The notes beneath the pieces are model-generated. The model did not search any database. It was not told the origin of the DNA and saw only the letters and a program-made list of their open reading frames with translations. Of a stretch of DNA of 64,000 nucleotides, positions 22,198 to 31,372 are shown one piece after another; position 1 is the first letter of the stretch, and each line of letters begins with the position of its first letter. The stretch lies in IMG/VR virus record IMGVR_UViG_3300044712_000123. The stretch is one strand, 5' to 3'. Origin of the DNA: a virus. Taxonomy: Duplodnaviria > Heunggongvirae > Uroviricota > Caudoviricetes. The position numbers and the translations under genes are program-made.

Positions 22198-22839
22198 ATG
22201 AAGAAATCGGCTGATGATATTTTATTTGCAAGTGTAAATCTTCCAATCTTAGACAAAAAACTAGCCGCTAAAGAAATTTTAGCACTAGGTGATGAAGTGT
22301 CTTATTGGAATGATTATCGATACACAAAGATGATTCCATTAATGACAAAAGGTGGCGCCGGTCAACGAATTGGCGCTGACAATAGTAGACCTGGAGATTT
22401 TGATTGGACATCTTATGCTCCTAATGTCATTGTCGATTGGTTCGAAGAACATGTTTTTCCCTGGCTAGGTGGACGTTATCGTGTTATGGCATTGATAACA
22501 CAGCCCGGAGTAGCAAATCATGAACACATCGATTGTAACCCTGACGAACTAAATACACTTCAACATAAGTTTAGAATTGTATTACAGGGTAAGACAAGTA
22601 CATTGTATTGGTTAACGGACAACGGCAACGTTTATGTACCTGATACAGAGAAAGCATTTATCATGGATGGCGGTTGGCCTCATGGTATGACAAATACAAC
22701 TGACGAGATTAAAGTAACATTGGCATTGGGTGCCCCCTGGGTAGGCAATGAAAGTTACGGTGATGATATCACTATCTTGCAGAGAAGACAAGATTATAGA
22801 ATGCCAGAGAAGATAGATCATCTTTGGCAAAAGAGTTAA
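22198..22839 (+). CDS. Aspartyl/asparaginyl beta-hydroxylase-like 2OG-Fe(II) oxygenase
   Basis: NHEHID..HKFRIVL..MDGGWPHGMTN. Confidence 0.75.
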   Translation: MKKSADDILFASVNLPILDKKLAAKEILALGDEVSYWNDYRYTKMIPLMTKGGAGQRIGADNSRPGDFDWTSYAPNVIVDWFEEHVFPWLGGRYRVMALITQPGVANHEHIDCNPDELNTLQHKFRIVLQGKTSTLYWLTDNGNVYVPDTEKAFIMDGGWPHGMTNTTDEIKVTLALGAPWVGNESYGDDITILQRRQDYRMPEKIDHLWQKS

Positions 22840-22843
22840 TATT

Positions 22844-22921
22844 CGGAGTGTAGCGCAGTCTGGTTAGCGCACCTGCTTTGGGAGCAGGGGGTCCAAGGTT
22901 CGAATCCTTGTACTCCGACCA
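22844..22921 (+). tRNA. tRNA-Pro(TGG)
   Basis: CCTGC ttTGGga GCAGG, CCA. Confidence 0.95.
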
Positions 22922-22926
22922 ATCAT

Positions 22927-23001
22927 GCATCGTTAGTTCAGCGGTAGAACTCCATCCTTACACGGTGGCTGTCGGCGGTTCGATCCCGTCACGATGTACC
23001 A
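22927..23001 (+). tRNA. tRNA-Val(TAC)
   Basis: CCATC ctTACac GGTGG, CCA. Confidence 0.92.
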
Positions 23002-23010
23002 AATAAGACT

Positions 23011-23038
23011 AATAGGTTGTTGTAAGAAACAACCTATT
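23011..23038. terminator. Hairpin closing the main tRNA array
   Basis: AATAGGTTGTT/AACAACCTATT. Confidence 0.5.
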
Positions 23039-23091
23039 GCCACATCCGTCCTGGAAATTTGTTATGATGTTATTTCTAAATAAATATCTAG

Positions 23092-23679
23092 ATGAAATCT
23101 CTTAATATAGAACTACCAGACTTTCACTGTGACCTAACTGAGCAAGACTTATTAGATATGCATGACATTATTCAAGTAGGGAAACTTGCTTGGAGTCCTT
23201 CGGAGAAAAAAGTAGTAGATTACTCCGATGTTCCGGTATTTAGATTATACACGACTTATGATCCAAACGTAACTAGTAATGTAAATCCTGCATTAAATCA
23301 TGCTAGATGGTTCCCCTTACAACCTGCGTTTTATCGAGTTTGTGCAGGAACCGGAAATACAAAACTCATTGATTTATTTGGACAACTAGTGAATGAAGCT
23401 ATCCGACTTTATGATAAGCCGTTTTCGACAGTAAGTTGTATACTATGTGATGAAACCATCAGTAAGCACATTCACTCAGTAGACCCTAGTAAGAATGTAG
23501 TTACTACTACTTTTTATTGGTGTTTGACTGAGAATACACTTGACGCAGATTTTTTTATCGAAGATGAAGTTTATCCTGTGTTTCGTCAGGGAATGTGGGA
23601 ATTCGACCCAGCAACACCACACGGCTTAATCAGTAAAGATAAAAATATGAGATTTTATGTGTTGATTGATAATCTATGA
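23092..23679 (+). CDS. Cupin/2OG-oxygenase-like protein
   Basis: SKHIHS..FDPATPHGL. Confidence 0.55.
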   Translation: MKSLNIELPDFHCDLTEQDLLDMHDIIQVGKLAWSPSEKKVVDYSDVPVFRLYTTYDPNVTSNVNPALNHARWFPLQPAFYRVCAGTGNTKLIDLFGQLVNEAIRLYDKPFSTVSCILCDETISKHIHSVDPSKNVVTTTFYWCLTENTLDADFFIEDEVYPVFRQGMWEFDPATPHGLISKDKNMRFYVLIDNL

Positions 23680-24362
23680 ACATTAATAAAGATAGGGATA
23701 TGATAATCATAGGCCATCCAAGAAGCGGTAGCTTTTGGTTGCAAAGTTGTATGCCTCACTTTAATTGTCGGGAACTTTTCAATACAGTTAACTTCGACAT
23801 TGTTGGTAAAAATGAAAAACAATTACTAATCAGTTCATATAAAAGTGTGCTACTTGATGAACAGCATGAAGATGAAGAAATTAGAAAACGCATTGAATTA
23901 TTGAGTACCATCAACGTTCCTAAGGTTACAAAAATACTTACATTTCAATTTCAGTACGCACATAGAACAAAATGGAATAGTACTATTTTTGATTGGGTCA
24001 ATTCACAAGATGCGGATGTAGTATGGATAAAAAGAAAAGATAAGTTAGCAAGTTTCAAGTCTTTACTAGTAGCTGACTCTTTGGGAAAATATATAGGTCC
24101 CATAGGTGCATCGGAATGCACAGTTGATATACAACGATTACCTTGGTTGATAGATAGTTTAAGTTACGATAAGGATACTTATATCAGAGAACAACTGAAC
24201 AAGGATATACATGATGTATGGTATGAAGAATTGCTAGACGATTCTTCCTTTAAAAACACATCATCAATGGTAGTTCAAAAATCAAGCGAAGTAACTATTA
24301 CTAACTGGCAAGAAGTAGTTAATAGTTTACCTTCAGAGGTAAAGCATGATATCGGACTTTGA
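23676..24362 (+). CDS. Sulfotransferase-like P-loop protein
   Basis: IIIGHPRSGSFWL; IKRKD..S; WYEEL. Confidence 0.6.
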   Translation: MNINKDRDMIIIGHPRSGSFWLQSCMPHFNCRELFNTVNFDIVGKNEKQLLISSYKSVLLDEQHEDEEIRKRIELLSTINVPKVTKILTFQFQYAHRTKWNSTIFDWVNSQDADVVWIKRKDKLASFKSLLVADSLGKYIGPIGASECTVDIQRLPWLIDSLSYDKDTYIREQLNKDIHDVWYEELLDDSSFKNTSSMVVQKSSEVTITNWQEVVNSLPSEVKHDIGL

Positions 24363-24948
24363 GATTCTGCATCAACCTGTTCCTGATTTTACTAGTCATA
24401 TCGCCTGTTTGGATCGACTAATCAGTGTAGGTAGCACAGCATATAATCCCGAGACTAACACGATTAATGGTAGTTTTATTAATGATGGTGTTGGATTATT
24501 CATCATACATTCTAGTGTGTTTTGTCAATACTTTACTATCACTAAATCACCCTACCCTATGTTCCCTACATTGAATAGGGGTATTGCAAATAATGTAAGC
24601 AGATATGTGTATGACGGGATAAAAGAGTTGTATCTGATGTGTAAGTCGATGGTAAAGATTGATTACAACACTGTTAACTTCAACTTAGCACGAACATCGG
24701 TATACAAACACACTCATAAGTTTGCATCACCAAACGATACTTCGATTGATACTCAAGTATTTCAGTTTAAGTTAACCAACTTAGGACCAAGAAACAGTAC
24801 GTTTAAACTTTATAGTTCTGAATATGTTGAATTACCGATGACTGATAATTGCACCTTTAGATTTAACGGTATGTTAGAACATGAAGTAGCTAGTGCAGAA
24901 GATCCTAATTACTATGGATACTTCGTATTTGAAAAGTGGCCAGAATGA
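24346..24948 (+). CDS. Cupin/2OG-oxygenase-like protein
   Basis: YKHTH..FNGMLEHEV. Confidence 0.5.
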   Translation: MISDFEILHQPVPDFTSHIACLDRLISVGSTAYNPETNTINGSFINDGVGLFIIHSSVFCQYFTITKSPYPMFPTLNRGIANNVSRYVYDGIKELYLMCKSMVKIDYNTVNFNLARTSVYKHTHKFASPNDTSIDTQVFQFKLTNLGPRNSTFKLYSSEYVELPMTDNCTFRFNGMLEHEVASAEDPNYYGYFVFEKWPE

Positions 24949-25508
24949 TTTGCTTTAGAGAAATTGAAATAGAAAACTACGAACAATGCAATACTGAACT
25001 AACGGAAATGTTTAATAGGCAATATGTGAATCCTACTGCCATCGAACGCTTTTGGAACTTTCCGAACGAAACAGATTTCTTTGCGATGTGTCCCGCGGTA
25101 ATCAATAGTCTCGGTAAGTTAGGGTTGACTGTTAATCACGTGTATATGATATCAATATCAAATAATCATCCCGAATCGATTCACATTGACTATAAAGCTA
25201 ATCCAGTTAGGCTACATTGGCCAATCTACAATGTAGGTTCTGCGTTGACTAAATGGTACGAGTATGACGGATCGTATGATGAAGCGGATCTAAAAAACAT
25301 TGATGGTAATGGACCTCTGTACGCAGAGTTTGATAAAAATAAATGTTCAGTAATCAGCGAACTTATTATGGTTAAACCTACAATGTTTAGAGTTGATATA
25401 CCACACAGTGCAGGTATAATATCTTCTATGCCTCAACCTAGAGTAGCTTTCAGCTTTAGTTTTAAAGAGCAAGATAGAACAGAGGTAATTTTAAATGAAG
25501 GCTTATAA
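24945..25508 (+). CDS. Cupin/2OG-oxygenase-like protein
   Basis: IHIDY..FRVDIPHSA..RVAFSF. Confidence 0.6.
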   Translation: MICFREIEIENYEQCNTELTEMFNRQYVNPTAIERFWNFPNETDFFAMCPAVINSLGKLGLTVNHVYMISISNNHPESIHIDYKANPVRLHWPIYNVGSALTKWYEYDGSYDEADLKNIDGNGPLYAEFDKNKCSVISELIMVKPTMFRVDIPHSAGIISSMPQPRVAFSFSFKEQDRTEVILNEGL

Positions 25509-26043
25509 AGTAGAACAGTTTACTAAAATGACCCCTGAGTTAGAGGAGTTCATGAAAATAACCAAAGATAGAGGTCTAGTCAATAACTCAAGTCTTGATA
25601 TGCTATATAGTTATCGCAACGAGAAGGACCATGCACTATTCACCTTGTGGTACAATGATATAATCGTAGGAACGTTCGGGGCGCATTCAATGGATTTTCT
25701 ACCCAACTCATATAGAATATGTGCAAGAATGTGCATATTAACAGACTTGACAGATTACCCCTCAGTGAGAACGTTAAATCAGATAAAGACAAACAAGCAT
25801 TTGACTGCATTATATGCTATTCCCAAATGCATTGAGTGGGTACGTAGTGTAAATGAATCAGGGGATATGTTCATCACTAGTCACCCTTCGGACGTTGGTA
25901 CTCAAAGACTGGTTCATAATATATATTGTCCAGCTATGGAGAAACTTTCAGTATTGAAAAATGAAGGGGAGTACTTTTACCGAGGTGCCGTCCAGACATT
26001 TTGGAAATTAAACCCTGAAAAATTTTATGAAACAATTCAGTGA
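25495..26043 (+). CDS. Hypothetical protein, possibly GNAT-like
   Basis: IIVGTFGAHS..YRICARMC; coupled ORF. Confidence 0.55.
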   Translation: MKAYKVEQFTKMTPELEEFMKITKDRGLVNNSSLDMLYSYRNEKDHALFTLWYNDIIVGTFGAHSMDFLPNSYRICARMCILTDLTDYPSVRTLNQIKTNKHLTALYAIPKCIEWVRSVNESGDMFITSHPSDVGTQRLVHNIYCPAMEKLSVLKNEGEYFYRGAVQTFWKLNPEKFYETIQ

Positions 26044-26608
26044 CACATTTTTCTTTCGCTTAGGCGCGATGAAGTTTTCAGAATCATTTGACGGGTTAAC
26101 TAAGCTAACTGACGTTTGCACATACGATGCAACAATGTATGCAACAAACGAACCCAAGTACTGCATGATTCGTAAACAAGAAACCACATTCAGACCTCAT
26201 TTAGTGAGGCACTTGAACCTATTAGATGATGAAATGCGAAACTATATTCAACGGATGTGGGATGCATCAAATACATTTGTGCAATCTATTGGAATCGAAC
26301 CGTATCAATGCTTCTTGGTAATTTCTAGTAATCGTTATAGTGTTCCGGATCACACGCACGGCGACCACATGGGAGATACTATTACAGTAGTGTCATCATT
26401 AGGTAACAGTGTTTCAGATACATATCTTTGCTTAGGTGACAATACTAGATTGAAATACCCTGAACCGAATGAAGGCAACTATGCAGTTTGCTTTGATGGC
26501 AACATTGTCCATAGTATGGATGCACACGATGACAATTACTATTTTCATTTTGTGTATGATTTAACTACTAGTGTAGATTTTCCAAAGAACATCTGGATTA
26601 AGTTATGA
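26027..26608 (+). CDS. Cupin/2OG-oxygenase-like protein
   Basis: PDHTHGD..FDGNIVHSM. Confidence 0.6.
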   Translation: MKQFSDTFFFRLGAMKFSESFDGLTKLTDVCTYDATMYATNEPKYCMIRKQETTFRPHLVRHLNLLDDEMRNYIQRMWDASNTFVQSIGIEPYQCFLVISSNRYSVPDHTHGDHMGDTITVVSSLGNSVSDTYLCLGDNTRLKYPEPNEGNYAVCFDGNIVHSMDAHDDNYYFHFVYDLTTSVDFPKNIWIKL

Positions 26609-27219
26609 ACAAAGTAGAAGAGGCAGTACTTGAGTGGATAGAACGTAACAATCTTTCATATGAAAAGACTGATTGGGGTTTTATTACATCTGCCTTCAAT
26701 ATCAAATGCATACCGAACAATCAATCGTTTCCTATATACAAAGAAAAGAATGATAGAATAGTTGCAGAGTGGGCACTAGCGCAACATATCGTTCGCCTTG
26801 ATGATTGGATCAACAAGAGACCAACTCTACGTATTGAGAAATTATCCATCAATGTCGAAACAACAGAAGATAAGATTCTAGTAACCGCTAAACGTGACGA
26901 TACATTGATTGCCGAGTCAGAATTATGGATTGAGGACACTTGCATATATTGGCACGACACACGTTATCATGGTTACCATGTTCCCGGTTGGCTATCTAAA
27001 ACACTACGAACTGTGTTAAGATTGAATTTAAATTTGCCTATTGAGACTATTACCAATTCAATCGATAGTTCGTATCATCGTATTGGATTTAGAACAGTAG
27101 AAAAATTTGATGTACGTGATTATGTGAGACGGTCTAAACTCCCTAGTAAGATTCCATTCACAAATCCAGAAAACATCATAATGTGGAGATTAGTTTATGA
27201 TAGTATCAGCACCGTATAG
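26605..27219 (+). CDS. Hypothetical protein
   Basis: 204 aa coupled ORF. Confidence 0.7.
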   Translation: MNKVEEAVLEWIERNNLSYEKTDWGFITSAFNIKCIPNNQSFPIYKEKNDRIVAEWALAQHIVRLDDWINKRPTLRIEKLSINVETTEDKILVTAKRDDTLIAESELWIEDTCIYWHDTRYHGYHVPGWLSKTLRTVLRLNLNLPIETITNSIDSSYHRIGFRTVEKFDVRDYVRRSKLPSKIPFTNPENIIMWRLVYDSISTV

Positions 27220-27730
27220 ATCAGGTGGCACCTCATTATGCACAATATTAGCATCTGAACATAACCTAAGGTTTGCCGGACAGATTGATAACAATGCAGT
27301 ACCCTTCACACGAATGGAAGACAAGAACTTCATTCACGAACATCAGAATCAACCAGATCATACTATCAACTCAATCACTAAGTTGTTGATTGACGATAGT
27401 AATGATATTATTCTAAACAACTCAAACCCTGCTCTATTCTCTAGAAGTGATTATTTCATCATGCGTAGTGATATGAGTCAGGTATATTCATCTATGTATT
27501 GGATGATGACTAAGTTGTATCCTAATATGGGTAAGCATCCAATTGAAATGATGTTCAAACGCATTACATTCTACAACGCATTGTTCCTGGATTACTTGAA
27601 AGAAACTAATACAGAGCCATTGATTCTGGAAGAACAACCATGGTATGTTCCTAAAGATAATCATATAGTACCTAAGGAGATACAGGACATGATTCCAACA
27701 TACACAGTATATTTGGAGGCATTTAAATGA
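27197..27730 (+). CDS. Sulfotransferase-like P-loop protein
   Basis: IVSAPYRSGGTSL. Confidence 0.5.
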   Translation: MIVSAPYRSGGTSLCTILASEHNLRFAGQIDNNAVPFTRMEDKNFIHEHQNQPDHTINSITKLLIDDSNDIILNNSNPALFSRSDYFIMRSDMSQVYSSMYWMMTKLYPNMGKHPIEMMFKRITFYNALFLDYLKETNTEPLILEEQPWYVPKDNHIVPKEIQDMIPTYTVYLEAFK

Positions 27731-28335
27731 AAAGAGTTTTGATAGTAGGAGCTGATAGTGGTATCGGTGAAGCATTGTTCAACAGAATCGAAGGAAGTAT
27801 AGGCACCTCACGCCGCTCAGATAGTAAACACATTCTATTGGATGTATTATCCCCTGAGACTTATCCAACTTTTGAAGAAAAGTTTGATGAGATATACTTC
27901 TGTACTGGGTTAGGTGGCAAGATGGGAACAACTGAGCAAGTTATTGAAGTCAATGCTACAAAAGCAATTGAATGCCTACATCATTTAGCATCCTACGTTG
28001 TCGAAGGTGGTTCTATAAGAGTTATGTCTAGTATCACTGCATCATTATCATTTGCGGTGAATACCCCAATGTCATCGATACCTACATCTTACCGAATGAG
28101 TAAAGTCGCATTGAATATGGGGGTAATTAAATTACACCACGCTTTTCCAGAGATTAATTGGCAGTTAGTTCATCCTGGATTAGTGAGAACAAAGATGACA
28201 GAAGATATATTAATAACTGACAGTAAGTACAAAATGATTTCTCCGGAGGAATCAGCACAAAGGATCCTTGCTACATCAGTAGACAAGCGATTAAGTTTTG
28301 TTAACGTAATCTCGGGACATGACATTCCTTGGTAA
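27727..28335 (+). CDS. Short-chain dehydrogenase/reductase
   Basis: VGADSGIG, YRMSK (YxxxK), HPGLVRTKM. Confidence 0.88.
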   Translation: MKRVLIVGADSGIGEALFNRIEGSIGTSRRSDSKHILLDVLSPETYPTFEEKFDEIYFCTGLGGKMGTTEQVIEVNATKAIECLHHLASYVVEGGSIRVMSSITASLSFAVNTPMSSIPTSYRMSKVALNMGVIKLHHAFPEINWQLVHPGLVRTKMTEDILITDSKYKMISPEESAQRILATSVDKRLSFVNVISGHDIPW

Positions 28336-28406
28336 TACTATGAACATTATATTGTGCACCACTCTGGGTAGATAAATATTGTCACTGTTTATATCTAGGA
28401 GAATAT

Positions 28407-29138
28407 ATGGATGATACGAAAATTTTCTGGCGCAGACATGAGCTACCTGTTGCAGAGTACTTAATGTCACATCAAGCTGGGTTGCGTGATGATTTCATGA
28501 GAGGTTTTGCAACCTTAGAGGAAGCAGCAAAAGCCCAAACTGAGGGTATTATGGCTAAAGAATGGCGCTTAAAGGATCGTATTAGACGCGGATTCTCAAA
28601 GGAAGATACAGAAAATTGTGTCACCACCGGTGATTCTGCAAATCTTGAGGGATGGAGAGCTATGCCCCTTCGTTACGAAAGACATGACGACATTAATATT
28701 AGTTATACAGCACCTGAGTCCTTTAAGGAAAGGTATCCAACTGCATATAAACTAATAACAGAATACGGGGATGACTGCCCAATCTCAAATTATACAGTTC
28801 TCGCTCCCAACACTGTATTGCATAGACATACTGGTGTTGAAAATCGCACAGGTGAATACATCCGTATCCACATCCCATTGATAATCCCTGAGGGTGATGT
28901 ATTCTTTGAAGCGAACAACGAAGAAATAGATTGGTCTGACATTTGGGGATTTCATAATCAGTTTGCACACTCTGCACACAACTATACAAACGAATGGCGT
29001 TTAGTATACCTAATAGACCTTCGCAGAACTTCTATCGGTCTGCCACCAGGAATGCCATATGATCCAAAATATGAATCAACAAACATGGCTCCGTTCGTAA
29101 GAAAAAATAAACCAAATCAGTTACCCAAAACTGTTTGA
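28407..29138 (+). CDS. Aspartyl/asparaginyl beta-hydroxylase-like oxygenase
   Basis: LHRHTG..RIHIPLIIP..FHNQFAHSAHN..RLVYLID. Confidence 0.85.
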   Translation: MDDTKIFWRRHELPVAEYLMSHQAGLRDDFMRGFATLEEAAKAQTEGIMAKEWRLKDRIRRGFSKEDTENCVTTGDSANLEGWRAMPLRYERHDDINISYTAPESFKERYPTAYKLITEYGDDCPISNYTVLAPNTVLHRHTGVENRTGEYIRIHIPLIIPEGDVFFEANNEEIDWSDIWGFHNQFAHSAHNYTNEWRLVYLIDLRRTSIGLPPGMPYDPKYESTNMAPFVRKNKPNQLPKTV

Positions 29139-29163
29139 CAACAACACTAAATTGTTATACAAT
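29135..29163 (+). promoter_or_regulatory. sigma70 promoter of ncRNA cluster
   Basis: TTGACA-17-TACAAT. Confidence 0.7.
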
Positions 29164-29184
29164 ACTTGTATTGAATGATTCAAA

Positions 29185-29440
29185 GGGATGATTTCAGAAT
29201 TTAAAAACATACTTAACTAATTACCATAGAAGGTGGTCGTAGGACACAGTAGCAATACTGTTCTAGGAAACTAGACTCGAAGGAATGGATGACAGAATGG
29301 AAAGACATTCTATGATGTTTGTACAGACACAATACAAACTAGTCAACATGAATTGTTGATATGGTTGAGGAACGTAAGTCCTTTATAGGTGAGTTAGACT
29401 CAACCAGACAATAAAATAAACTACGTTCAGACATCCCGTT
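29185..29440 (+). ncRNA. Long variant CAGCAA-module RNA with multi-hairpin cargo
   Basis: GGGATG-ATTTCAGAA..CATCCC-GTT; hairpins ACAGTA gcaa TACTGT, CTAG gaaa CTAG, GTTTGTA/TACAAAC, TCAACA/TGTTGA, TGGTTGAG/CTCAACCA. Confidence 0.6.
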
Positions 29441-29449
29441 TAATTTTTT

Positions 29450-29600
29450 AGGATCGGTACAGCAATAATTTACTTTATTGGAACTGATGGATCGCATGGT
29501 AGCTATTGGAGTCTACGGACGTTGAAGGTAGTTATTGAAATGCATCTATCGCAATAGGAGTGATGGCCCTATTCAAAAAGCAGTCAACAACGATCCTGTT
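29450..29600 (+). ncRNA. CAGCAA-module RNA with about 115-nt cargo
   Basis: AGGATCG-GTACAGCAA ... CGATCCT-GTT; inner ACTG/CAGT, GATGGAT/ATCTATC, AATAGG/CCTATT. Confidence 0.7.
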
Positions 29601-29626
29601 ATTTTTCGTATCATTGCAAAAAAGTG

Positions 29627-29655
29627 TTGACAAATAACACAAACAATGATACAAT
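29627..29655 (+). promoter_or_regulatory. sigma70 promoter; predicted start at the module RNA 29663
   Basis: TTGACA-17-TACAAT. Confidence 0.7.
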
Positions 29656-29662
29656 ACATTTT

Positions 29663-29719
29663 AGGATGCATTCAGCAACTTTAATCTTTTTCATAATAAG
29701 AGCAAAAGCGCATCCTGTT
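29663..29719 (+). ncRNA. CAGCAA-module RNA carrying a Met(CAT) anticodon stem-loop
   Basis: AGGATGC-ATTCAGCAA..TCTT-t ttCATaa t-AAGA..GCATCCT-GTT. Confidence 0.72.
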
Positions 29720-29744
29720 GCAAAATTCATAGAAAGGAACTATA

Positions 29745-31169
29745 ATGCAATTCGCAGAAGCAATCAAAAACCAAGAAGTTCGTACTACTAATGGTATGAA
29801 GGCACGTAAGTCAAGCGCAAACGCTTGTGTAGACTTGTTCTACAACCTAGGTGCAAGCCGAGGTAAAAACGTTATCCCAGCATTCACTGCGGCTTATGTC
29901 GAGAACAGTGATCTGGCACTGCGTATTGCACAGTGGGCACGTGATGCCCGCGGTGGTTCCGGTGAACGCCAAGTGTTCCGAGATATTCTTGTTCACTTGG
30001 AAAAGACTAACCCAGAAGACGCTATGCGTTTGATGGCGAAGATCCCAGAAATCGGTCGTTATGACGACTTGCTAGTGTTTAAGACTCAGCCTGTGAAGGC
30101 TAAGGCATACACTATGCTTGGCGATGCACTTCGTGCCCGTAACGGTCTCGCGGCTAAGTGGACTCCTCGTAAGGGTGAAGTCGCACGTGAAATCCGCGAA
30201 TTCTTCGGAATGACTCCTAAGCAATACCGTAAGAGCCTTGTTGCACTTACTAACGTTGTGGAAACACAAATGTGTGCTAAGGATTGGGATAACATCAACT
30301 TCTCGCATGTTCCTTCAGTGGCACATGCACGTTACAAGAAGGCGTTTGGCCGTAATGGCACAACTTACGCTGAATACGTAACTAAGTTGGTTAAGGGCGA
30401 AGCAGGTGTCAAAATCAACGCTGGTGCAGTTTTCCCTTACGATGTGTTGAAGGGTGCTATCAACCGATACAGCCGTTCAGCTATGTCTAAGACTGAGTTG
30501 GATGCATTGCAAGCCCAATGGGACGCATTGCCTAACTACGTCGGTGACGCTAACGTGTTGCCTATGGTTGACTCGTCAGGTTCGATGACTTGCGCGGCAG
30601 GTGGTTACAACTCTAAGTCAGGCTTGTCTTGCTTGGATGTTGCACTGTCTTTGGGCTTGTACTTCGCTGACAAGAACAAGGGTAAGTTCAAGGATACGTT
30701 CTTGACTTTCTCTAACACACCAAAGTTGGTTAACTTGAAGGGTAACATCAATCAAAAGATTGACCAAATGAACACAGGCGAAGTTGCTAACACCAACTTG
30801 AATGCGGCGTTCAACTTGATCCTCAAGACAGCGTTGGACAACAATGTTCCTCAAGCAGAAATGCCAGAAACATTGGTGATCTTCTCTGACATGCAGTTCG
30901 ACCAAGGCGTTAAGCACGATGACAGCGCAATCGAAATGATTGCACGTAAGTATGAAGCCGCAGGCTACGCGATCCCTAAGGTCGTGTTCTGGAACTTGAA
31001 TGCCGCTTATGGCAACACCCCTGTCAAGTTCGATAAGAGTGGTACCGCTCTTGTCTCTGGTTTCAGCCCAGCTGTTGCAACTTCTGTATTGTCAGGAGAC
31101 TTGGAAGACTTCACACCAGAAGCTATCATGTTGAAGACAGTTATGAAGGATCGTTACGACTTGTCGTAA
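29745..31169 (+). CDS. DUF2828-family TROVE-like/vWA protein (Ro60-like architecture)
   Basis: N-terminal TTNG..VDLF..RDARGGSGERQVF..GRYDDL..AKWTPR helical region; vWA MIDAS VDSSGSM..T..SDMQFD..VFWNL..VSGFS. Confidence 0.8.
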   Translation: MQFAEAIKNQEVRTTNGMKARKSSANACVDLFYNLGASRGKNVIPAFTAAYVENSDLALRIAQWARDARGGSGERQVFRDILVHLEKTNPEDAMRLMAKIPEIGRYDDLLVFKTQPVKAKAYTMLGDALRARNGLAAKWTPRKGEVAREIREFFGMTPKQYRKSLVALTNVVETQMCAKDWDNINFSHVPSVAHARYKKAFGRNGTTYAEYVTKLVKGEAGVKINAGAVFPYDVLKGAINRYSRSAMSKTELDALQAQWDALPNYVGDANVLPMVDSSGSMTCAAGGYNSKSGLSCLDVALSLGLYFADKNKGKFKDTFLTFSNTPKLVNLKGNINQKIDQMNTGEVANTNLNAAFNLILKTALDNNVPQAEMPETLVIFSDMQFDQGVKHDDSAIEMIARKYEAAGYAIPKVVFWNLNAAYGNTPVKFDKSGTALVSGFSPAVATSVLSGDLEDFTPEAIMLKTVMKDRYDLS

Positions 31170-31372
31170 TTGAAACACCCGGCTACACTTCTCCGTTAAA
31201 GAAGTGCGTTATTGTCTGACGATACATGACGATGTGCATAAGGTCTACAGCAAGGCTCCTTTAGAGCGACTTGGCAAATCCTTAGGTGGACGACAGCCTA
31301 ACCAGAAGAGGCAACGTGAGACAGTGTAAACAACTAAGACCGGGGCTCTTGTGGTGAGAGTATCCGGTCAAC

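Noticed and set aside
8660-29719. CAGCAA-module copies as a CRISPR array
   Set aside because: Copies are dispersed with irregular spacing, each is a two-part stem enclosing cargo, and no cas genes are in the window.
31241-31352. Additional module copy (AGGTC-TACAGCAA..GACC)
   Set aside because: Closing stem only 4 bp and no CCTGTT end; left out of the count, though worth scoring with a covariance model.
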